Below are positions 56,967-64,000 of a stretch of 64,000 bases of DNA, piece by piece (position 1 is the first letter of the stretch; every line of letters begins with the position of its first letter). The notes beneath the pieces are model-generated. The model did no database searches, was not told where the DNA came from, and was given only the letters and a program-made list of their open reading frames with translations. The stretch lies in NCBI GenBank assembly GCA_040007095.1, contig JBDTVS010000192.1:16552-80551 (forward strand), written 5' to 3'. The DNA is from Acidobacteriota bacterium (GTDB lineage Bacteria > Acidobacteriota > Vicinamibacteria > Vicinamibacterales > CAVVIG01). A program made the translations under genes and the position numbers.

Positions 56967-58460
56967 TTACTTCGATGCGACCGGCGCCGGCGTCCGCGGC
57001 GGCAGCTGCGTCCTGGACGGCACGTACTGGCGCTTCTTGATCCGCCAGCCCTGAGCAGTCTTCACATAGACGTCTTCGTAGTGCCCGCCGCCGATGATCG
57101 TGTTCGTCTTGCCATCCTCGGCGACGTCCAGGACCAACGCGTACAGCTTGCCGGTGGCGCCTTCGGGCGAGGCTTCAATCCATGGATTGGTGCTGTAGTT
57201 GCGCACGTACAACGGCCCCTGTCCCGGCCGATGCTGCCAGGCGAACTTCGTCAGCGCTTCATGCCCTTCGTGCTGCACCGTGTCGGACATGAAGACGCCG
57301 TCGGGCGTGAAGAGGTCGGCGTAGAGCGAGCCTTTGCCAGCCCCCGTGTCCAGCGCCATCGGATAGGTCATCACGAGCTGCTGGATGTCGAGATAGTCTT
57401 CGACTGCCAGGCCGTTGTGCTTCGGCTGCGGGCCCGGATCCCTGGCGACCCTCACCGGAACCTTCGCGGGCGTCAGCTCGGCGCCGACGTCGGCGCCCGA
57501 TTTCTTGTTGTAGACCGTACGGCTTTTGATCCGCCATCCTACGGACGTCCTCACGTACGCATCCTCGTAGTGCGCGCCGTTCAGGATGGTGCTCGGTTTT
57601 CCCTGTCCCTCGCCGACGTCGATGACATAGGTGAGCATCTTGCCTGTCGCTCCCTCAGGCGTCGGCGTGATGACGACGTGCTGCGGGAAGTTGCGGTTGT
57701 ATCCGGGACCCTGACCGGGCCGGTGCTGCCAGGCGATCCCGAGGAGGGCCTCTCGGCCCTTGGACCTGCCAAACGTGCCGTCGGGCGCGAAGAGGTCCAC
57801 CCACATGTTCCCCATCCGCTGACCGGTATCCAGGGCGAAGGGATAACGCGCCACGAGCTGCTGAATCTCGATGTAGTCCGACGCGGTCATCGTGGTGCTC
57901 TTCGGTGACGCCTGGGAGACCTTGTGGAGCTCGGGCACATCGGTCGTGGGGATCGAGAGATCGGAGCCGGACTGCGACGGGATGAACTGACGCTGCTTGA
58001 AGCGCCAGCCGTCCTTCGTCCTTTCGTAGACGTCGTCGTAGTGTCCGCCGCCGAACACGCGGCTGGGTTCGCCGTTGTCGCCGATGACGAACTGGACGAG
58101 CAGTTCCTTGCCGCGCGCACCGTCGGCGGTCGGTTCGATGGCGTGCGACATGAGGAAATGAAACACCGACTGCGGTCCACGCGAGTTGCGATAGCCGACG
58201 CCGGCGAGCGCCTCGGGGCCGGTGGTCGTGACGCCGGCTCTCTGGAGGAACGCGCCGTCAGGGGCGAAGAGTCCGGCGTACATGCCGCCGTTGTCGGCCC
58301 CGGTGTCCACCGCGTAGGCATAGCGATTGACGAGCTGCTGAATCTGGATGTAGTCCATCGCCGTCAGCGTCCCACCTTTGGTGTTCTGCTGCGCGTGCCC
58401 GGTCACGAGTGTCAGAATCGCCACGCCGAAGGTTGTTGTGATCAAGGTCTTGCGCTTCAT
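56967..58460 (-). CDS. secreted protein with three tandem SnoaL-like (NTF2-fold, SnoaL_4-type) domains
   Basis: Signal peptide MKRKTLITTTFGVAILTLVTGHAQ. Three ~150-aa repeats each contain DY[IL].IQQLV..Y....DTG......LF.PDG.F and GGHY.D.Y..T..GWR.K. Confidence 0.8.
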   Translation of the reverse strand: MKRKTLITTTFGVAILTLVTGHAQQNTKGGTLTAMDYIQIQQLVNRYAYAVDTGADNGGMYAGLFAPDGAFLQRAGVTTTGPEALAGVGYRNSRGPQSVFHFLMSHAIEPTADGARGKELLVQFVIGDNGEPSRVFGGGHYDDVYERTKDGWRFKQRQFIPSQSGSDLSIPTTDVPELHKVSQASPKSTTMTASDYIEIQQLVARYPFALDTGQRMGNMWVDLFAPDGTFGRSKGREALLGIAWQHRPGQGPGYNRNFPQHVVITPTPEGATGKMLTYVIDVGEGQGKPSTILNGAHYEDAYVRTSVGWRIKSRTVYNKKSGADVGAELTPAKVPVRVARDPGPQPKHNGLAVEDYLDIQQLVMTYPMALDTGAGKGSLYADLFTPDGVFMSDTVQHEGHEALTKFAWQHRPGQGPLYVRNYSTNPWIEASPEGATGKLYALVLDVAEDGKTNTIIGGGHYEDVYVKTAQGWRIKKRQYVPSRTQLPPRTPAPVASK

Positions 58461-58543
58461 ACCCTCTCCTTATCTCAGCGTCGCGTCTTCGTCCCGGTGC
58501 GTCCCTCGCGGTTCCTGGCAGAGTAGCGTTTCAGTGTCAACAT

Positions 58544-58571
58544 CAACCACTGAGGTCACCGAGAGAGTGCC
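58544..58571 (+). repeat. family 3 repeat (CACCGAGA type)
   Basis: cAACCACTGAGG-TCACCGAGA-GAGtgcc in the intergenic region between 58460 and 58694. Confidence 0.55.
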
Positions 58572-58693
58572 AATGTTCTTGGCTCGGCGCACCCGGTAGT
58601 GATGGCAAATTGAGACAGTACGTCCCGCGGTGGAGAATTGACAATGGTAGCGCGCCCTTCAAACAGAACAGCCGACGAAAGGCCAGCGAGCGA

Positions 58694-60301
58694 TCAACGT
58701 GGCACCCGGCACGCGAAGTCAGCTGGGTCCTCCGTGCTTCCCGTGCCTTTGTACCGCGCCACCGCCGGGTACGCGCACACGAGCCGCTGGTGCGGCGGAT
58801 CGCCCTTGGCGGTCTGCGTGACCACGATTTGCCGAGGCGCCTTGCCGGTCGCCTTCCAGCGCCTGATGAAGGCCACGGCGTCGAAGTCGGTGGTCGGCGC
58901 GTAGGAATAGTCCTCGCCGAGGCAGTGGCTCATCGCCGGCACCATGAACAGCATCACCGAGTCGCGGGTCTTTCTCTCCCCCATTTTCGCGACGACGCTT
59001 TCGTAGTAATCGATGAAGCTGTACGGCGGGAGATCGTCGCTCCAGCCGCCGACGAGCAGCAGCTTTCCGCCGCGGCCGACGAACGCGGAGAGATCCGGAT
59101 CGTTCGCGTTGATCGGCAGGTTTTCCGGTGCGTCGCCGAGGTCCACGTCGGCGTCGAAGTTGACCGGCCGCTTGGCGTACTCCCAGGTCGGATCCTTGAA
59201 GACGAGGTTCCTGTAGAAGGTCTGCGCGTAGGCGTAGAGGTTCGGACCGATGAGCGCTGCCCAGCTCAACTCGCTGCCTGGCGGCATGGCGCCGTAGAGG
59301 TGCTGCTTCGTGCGCGTGTGAACCGGAGGCGAATAGATTTGCTTGACCGCTTCCACTTGCGAATCGGTCAGACAGTTCGGTGCGTCGCCGCTCTTGCACC
59401 GCAGCACGGCCGGGTCGAACGCGCAATGCTGCGGATCCCCGAGCACGCCGTCCTTGACGCCATCCCTCGCGTCGCATGCATCCAGGGCTCCCTGGTGGAT
59501 CATGGCCAGCTTGCTGACAGGAAGGGGGTTCGCCGCGTCCTTGTGCGCCGCTTGGTAGATCCACGCCTGCGAGACTCCGTGCCGCGTGGAGTAGTAGATG
59601 ATGCCCTGGGCGACGATGGCATCGAGGTCTGCGGGCGCGGTCTGGACCACCTGGAGCGCATCCCGGCTGCCCGAGCCTCCGCATTCGTTCATGAACGCAA
59701 AGCCGGGGCCGCGGCCGTAGTGCGCCGCGACGATCGACTTTGCCGACGCGACCGACAGATGGTAGGGCAGCGCCGCCATGTCGGCGGGTTTCCACGGGCC
59801 CCCGCCGTCGTGTCCGCGGTTGGTGTTGACGGTCGCCGCACCAGTCTTGAGGATGCGCGCCATCTGCGCGTAGCCAATCGTGCCGCCGGCGAACCCGCTC
59901 GACGCCGGCTGAAAATCGCCATTCCACCCTGTCGTCGGCATCCACACTTCGAACTTCACGTCGGTGTCGCCGGGGCGGGCGACGGTGCCCTCGACGCGGC
60001 AGAAAGGCGGCAGATCGGCGAACTGGTTGGCGGGCGGCCCTCCGCCGCGCCTCGCACCGGCCTGCCCGCTCGGATTCGGCACGAACGCGCCCGCGGCCAC
60101 AGTCTTCGCGGATGTCAGGGTGGTGTTCGGCAGCGAGAGCGAGGGGAGGTTCTCGCATGCAGTAGAAGCCGCCGCCACGGCACGCGGCTGACCGCCGGCG
60201 GCGAGCGCAGACGACAGGCCGGCTGTCAGAAGACCTGCCCACAGGATCCGAGCCGCGCTCGCGAGTCGTGAGGAATGCCTGCGTATGAGCCGGTCAGACA
60301 T
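58694..60301 (-). CDS. tannase/feruloyl-esterase-family alpha/beta hydrolase (secreted)
   Basis: ATG at 60301 (MSDRLIRRHSSRLASAARILWAGLLTAGLSSALAAG). Motifs are FCRVEGTV..KFEVWMP..WNG, ..AFMNECGGSGSRDAL.., ..DACDARDGVKDGVL.. and ..MVPAMSHCLGE. The track 5' extension is non-coding. Confidence 0.8.
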   Translation of the reverse strand: MSDRLIRRHSSRLASAARILWAGLLTAGLSSALAAGGQPRAVAAASTACENLPSLSLPNTTLTSAKTVAAGAFVPNPSGQAGARRGGGPPANQFADLPPFCRVEGTVARPGDTDVKFEVWMPTTGWNGDFQPASSGFAGGTIGYAQMARILKTGAATVNTNRGHDGGGPWKPADMAALPYHLSVASAKSIVAAHYGRGPGFAFMNECGGSGSRDALQVVQTAPADLDAIVAQGIIYYSTRHGVSQAWIYQAAHKDAANPLPVSKLAMIHQGALDACDARDGVKDGVLGDPQHCAFDPAVLRCKSGDAPNCLTDSQVEAVKQIYSPPVHTRTKQHLYGAMPPGSELSWAALIGPNLYAYAQTFYRNLVFKDPTWEYAKRPVNFDADVDLGDAPENLPINANDPDLSAFVGRGGKLLLVGGWSDDLPPYSFIDYYESVVAKMGERKTRDSVMLFMVPAMSHCLGEDYSYAPTTDFDAVAFIRRWKATGKAPRQIVVTQTAKGDPPHQRLVCAYPAVARYKGTGSTEDPADFACRVPR

Positions 60302-60445
60302 GTCGGTGTCCTTTTCTAGACCTCTTCCAAAGCCAGAGTCTCGCCAGATGAAGCACGGTTGTGCTCGGTTCGGCTTTGGAAGCTGGCTGAGCTGCGGCCG
60401 CTGAGGGCCGCCTCGTGAAGATTCGCCGCACCCTGGTCCGTTCTT

Positions 60446-60472
60446 GCTGGTCGGTTTGAGGCGAAGCTTCAC
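60446..60472 (+). repeat. 27-nt intergenic repeat, family 4, copy 2
   Basis: gctggtcggtttgaggcgaagcttcac, 145 nt upstream of the tannase-like gene start. Confidence 0.75.
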
Positions 60473-60628
60473 TGAAAGCCCGCGGTTGATATCGCAGGAA
60501 CCGCGGCGGCGCGCCAGTACCGCGACCATGTACGAAGAGCCCTGAAGTATAGGCACACCCCGCTCGACGATCAATATCATCGTGATCAGTGGTGGCTTGG
60601 CTTCAACGTCAATCACCCAGTTTCAAAG

Positions 60629-60657
60629 CAACCACCGAGATCACCGAGAAGAGTCCC
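60629..60657 (+). repeat. family 3 repeat (CACCGAGA type)
   Basis: cAACCACCGAGA-TCACCGAGA-AGAGtccc. It shares the AGAAGAGT tail with the copy at 53653. Confidence 0.6.
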
Positions 60658-60994
60658 GACTTTCCATCTCGCTGCACGCGGGTAGAACAGCGACATCACC
60701 GGGAAAACATTCCGGTTACAGCGTGCTCGCCGGCTTCGGAAAATTAGCGTGCAGGTCGACTTCCAGCGGGAGCGCAGGCCCCCATGTGGCGCGCGTGAGC
60801 AGGCCTGATCCGGCGCCTGGAATCGCAGATGGCGGGCCGCCAGGTCGAGTTGAAAAAGCATGAGAAAAGAGGTCTTCGCCGTGCTACGTTGTTCAGCGTT
60901 GCTATACGCGATCCAGGCCCTTGGGTGTCGGCCTGGTGTGAGTCCGGAGCCGAGGCGTTCGAAGAATGCCGAGAAGAGCACGGAAGGGACGTTC

Positions 60995-63409
60995 GTGCAC
61001 AGACATGTGACGAAGATTTGGCTCGTCGCTCTGACCTCCGGGTTGCTGGCATGGTCGTCGGCCCTGAATGGTCCGTACGCGGCGCCGCTGCAGACCGCGG
61101 TCCCGCCCGCCGCGCCGCCTGCCCGTGCATTCGTCAATCAGTACTGCGTGACGTGTCACAACACTCGCCTCAAGACAGGAGACCTGGCGCTTGACGCCAT
61201 CGATCCCGTGAACGTAGCGGCCAACGCCGAGATCTGGGAAAAGGTCGTCCGCAAGCTGCGGACCGGCGCCATGCCACCGCTCGGCGCGCGCCGCTCCGAC
61301 GAGGCGACGAGCAAGCATGTCGTCGATTGGCTGGAAACCGAACTGGATCGCAGCGCGGCGTCCAACCCCAATCCCGGCCGCCCGGCGCTCCATCGTCTCA
61401 ATCGGGCGGAGTACGCCAACGCAATCAGGGACCTTCTCGATCTGGATGTCGACGTCGCGTCACTGCTGCCGCCCGACGATGCCGCATACGGGTTCGACAA
61501 CATTGCGGATGTGCTCGGCGTGCCGCCGGTGCTGCTCGAGCGCTATGTTGACGCGGCGGCCGAGATCAGCGAGCTGGCGGTCGGCGCGCCTGACATCCCA
61601 TCAGGAGCCGAGACCTACCGAGTGCGGCAGGATCTGTCGCAGGATCGGCACATCGAAGGCCTGCCGATGGGAACCGTTGGCGGGCTGCTCGTGCGCCACA
61701 CGTTCCCGCTCGACGCCGAGTACGTGCTGCAGGCGAAACTGTACCGGACCAACGTCGGCACGATGCGAGGTCTCGCGTACGAACACGACGTCGAGATCAC
61801 CGTGGACGGCAAGCGGGTCCAGCTGGCGCGAATCGGGGGCGATGCCGATCTTCGTGCGCTGTTCAAGAACGAGAACACGACGGCGCTGGGCGATCAGGTG
61901 GATGCCAGGCTGCAGGTTCGACTTCGCGTCCCGGCCGGCCCGCACGCGGTGGGCGTGAGCTTTCTCGCCAAGTCTGCCTCCGCCGACACGCGACAGCTCC
62001 AGGCGTTCATCCGGAGCTCTTCGGACACCTACGACTGGGGCGGCGATCCGCACATCGACACGTTCACGATCACCGGTCCGTTCAACGCCACCGGGTCCGG
62101 TGATACGCCGGCCCGCCGGCGGATCTTCGCGTGCCGCCCGGCGACCGAGACCGCGGAGTCCGCGTGCGCACGGACCATCCTGTCGACGCTGGCCCACCGC
62201 GCCTACCGGCAGCCCGTTCCCGAGAAGGATCTGCAGCGCCTGCTGACGTTCTATCAGGCCGGCCGGCGCGACGGGACATTCGACGCCGGAATCCAGTCGG
62301 CGCTGCAGCGAATCCTGGCCAGCCCGAAGTTCGTGTTTCGCGCCGAGCGCGATCCGGCCAACGTCACGCCCGGTACGCCGTATCGCCTGAGCGATCTCGA
62401 ACTCGCCTCACGCATCTCGTTCTTCCTCTGGAGCAGTATTCCCGACGATGAGCTCCTCAAGGTGGCCGAGCAGGGGAAGCTGGGGACGCCGGCGGTGCTC
62501 GCGCAGCAGGTGCGCCGGATGTTGGCCGATCGGAAATCGGGCGCGCTCGTGAGCAACTTCGGCGGCCAGTGGCTGCAGCTGCGGAACCTGCGCAACATGA
62601 CGCCGAATTCGGAGGAGTTCCCCGACTTCGACGACAACCTGCGGCAGGCGTTCCAGCGAGAGACCGAGATGTTCTTCGAGAGCATCATGCGCGAAGACCA
62701 CAATGTCCTCGATTTGCTGTCGGCCGACTACACCTTCGTCAACGAGCGGCTGGCCCGGCACTACGGGCTTCCGGGTATCTACGGCAGCCAGTTCCGGCGT
62801 GTGACGGTTGCCGACGAGACGCGCAAGGGCCTGTTCGGCAAGGGGGCCGTTCTGATGGTCACGTCGCACGTCGACCGGACGTCGCCCGTCGCGCGCGGCA
62901 AGTGGATCCTGCAGAACCTGATGGGCACGCCGCCGCCGCCGCCGATTCCCGACGTGCCGCCGTTCCCGGAAGGCGAGGCGCAGAAGAGCCGATCGGTGCG
63001 GGAGCGCATGGAGCAGCACCGCGCGAATCCCGTCTGCGCGAACTGCCACCGGGTGATGGATCCGCTGGGGTTTGCGCTCGAGAACTTCGACGCGGTCGGC
63101 GCGTGGCGTACGCGCGACGGCGGGACGCCGATCGATCCGACAGGGCAGCTGGCCGATGGCACCTCGGTAGACGGCGTGGTGATGTTGCGGCAGGCGCTGC
63201 TGAAGCGGCCCGAGGTCCTGGTCACCACGCTGACCGAGAAGCTGATGACGTACGGCGTCGGCCGGGGCGTCAGCTACTACGACATGCCAGCCGTGCGCGC
63301 GGTCGTCCGCGACGCGGCGCGCAACAATTACCGCTTTTCGTCGTTGATTCTGGGTATCGTCAACAGCCAGCCGTTTCGGATGCGGATGAAGGCACCGGTA
63401 GAGAACTGA
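60995..63409 (+). CDS. DUF1592/DUF1595/DUF1587/DUF1588/DUF1585-type protein with N-terminal CxxCH (planctomycete-type cytochrome family)
   Basis: Heme motif NQYCVTCHN. Also ..HRLNRAEYANAIRDLL.., ..FFLWSSIPDDELL.., ..CANCHRVMDPLGFALENFDAVGAWR. The start is uncertain: GTG at 60995 or 61007 (the track gives 60860). Confidence 0.8.
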   Translation: MHRHVTKIWLVALTSGLLAWSSALNGPYAAPLQTAVPPAAPPARAFVNQYCVTCHNTRLKTGDLALDAIDPVNVAANAEIWEKVVRKLRTGAMPPLGARRSDEATSKHVVDWLETELDRSAASNPNPGRPALHRLNRAEYANAIRDLLDLDVDVASLLPPDDAAYGFDNIADVLGVPPVLLERYVDAAAEISELAVGAPDIPSGAETYRVRQDLSQDRHIEGLPMGTVGGLLVRHTFPLDAEYVLQAKLYRTNVGTMRGLAYEHDVEITVDGKRVQLARIGGDADLRALFKNENTTALGDQVDARLQVRLRVPAGPHAVGVSFLAKSASADTRQLQAFIRSSSDTYDWGGDPHIDTFTITGPFNATGSGDTPARRRIFACRPATETAESACARTILSTLAHRAYRQPVPEKDLQRLLTFYQAGRRDGTFDAGIQSALQRILASPKFVFRAERDPANVTPGTPYRLSDLELASRISFFLWSSIPDDELLKVAEQGKLGTPAVLAQQVRRMLADRKSGALVSNFGGQWLQLRNLRNMTPNSEEFPDFDDNLRQAFQRETEMFFESIMREDHNVLDLLSADYTFVNERLARHYGLPGIYGSQFRRVTVADETRKGLFGKGAVLMVTSHVDRTSPVARGKWILQNLMGTPPPPPIPDVPPFPEGEAQKSRSVRERMEQHRANPVCANCHRVMDPLGFALENFDAVGAWRTRDGGTPIDPTGQLADGTSVDGVVMLRQALLKRPEVLVTTLTEKLMTYGVGRGVSYYDMPAVRAVVRDAARNNYRFSSLILGIVNSQPFRMRMKAPVEN

Positions 63410-63443
63410 GTTACACAAGGCTCAGCTGAGGAGATTCGCCGCC

Positions 63444-64000
63444 ATGTTCATCACAAAGATGTCTTTGCCTCGCCGGACGTTCTTGCGCGGCGTCGGGGTG
63501 TCGATGGCGCTGCCGTTGCTGGAGGCCATGGTCCCGGCCTTCACGGCGACGGCCAAGACAGCCGCCAATCCTCGTCTCCGCTTCGGAGCGGTCTACGTCC
63601 CGCACGGGGCGATCATGGATCAGTGGACGCCGCCGGCCGGCGACGGCCTGACGTTCACGCCGATCCTGAAGCCGCTCGAGCCGCTGCGGGATCAGGTCTC
63701 CGTGATCAGCAATCTCTTCAGAGCGGGGGAGGCCGATCACGCCGTCAGCGTCGCTGCCTGGCTGAGCAGCGCGGTCCCCAAACGGACCGAGGCGGAGGAC
63801 GTGCGGCTCGGCGTGACGCTCGATCAGATCATCGCCAAGGAGATCGGTCGGGAGACGCCGTTTCCGTCGCTTGAGCTCGCCACGGAGGATTTCACCGGCT
63901 ATGTCGGCGGGTGTAGCCCCGGCTACAGCTGCGCGTACATGAACACGCTGGCCTGGGCGGATCCCACCACGCCGCTGCCGATGGAGATCAATCCGCGCGT
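63444..64000 (+). CDS. DUF1552-domain protein with Tat-like signal (partial, runs off the window)
   Basis: Not in the ORF track because it has no stop within the window. ATG at 63444 with GAGGAG 9 nt upstream. Begins MFITKMSLPRRTFLRGVGVSMALPLLEAM.. and is the usual partner of DUF1592 proteins. Confidence 0.8.
   Translation, partial: MFITKMSLPRRTFLRGVGVSMALPLLEAMVPAFTATAKTAANPRLRFGAVYVPHGAIMDQWTPPAGDGLTFTPILKPLEPLRDQVSVISNLFRAGEADHAVSVAAWLSSAVPKRTEAEDVRLGVTLDQIIAKEIGRETPFPSLELATEDFTGYVGGCSPGYSCAYMNTLAWADPTTPLPMEINPR

Overview
High-GC bacterial chromosomal segment, roughly two-thirds G+C by eye. The gene content looks Acidobacteriota-like, but this is inference from content only and no search was run. 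I support about 46 protein genes. They are dominated by envelope functions: six TonB-dependent receptors (TBDRs) of about 990-1200 aa with N-terminal carboxypeptidase-regulatory-like domains, and many Sec/Tat-exported hypotheticals. Other genes include an Amt ammonium transporter, an ABC-2 exporter, a PQQ quinohemoprotein, a Tat-signal MmgE/PrpD protein, an S1 protease, a tannase-like esterase, an MNT/HEPN toxin-antitoxin pair, a membrane-anchored TIR protein and a DUF1592/DUF1552 pair. I recognised no rRNA, tRNA, CRISPR array, transposase or integrase. The main hunt results are as follows. (1) A seven-member family of secreted 'WEGDTLVV'-type proteins lies next to four of the six TBDR genes and twice next to DUF6152-like proteins, whose predicted mature N-terminus is His-His-Ser; I cannot name this family. 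(2) Four families of short conserved intergenic repeats are present; one is about 90-125 nt with a hairpin supported by a compensatory base-pair change, and it sits just upstream of start codons. (3) Three gene remnants (amt 3' end, O-methyltransferase 5' end, CHASE8-only sensor) and a 34% GC spacer mark rearrangement junctions; one junction abuts a TIR gene whose TIR domain begins upstream of any canonical start codon. All family names come from motif recognition by eye and need HMM or BLAST confirmation.
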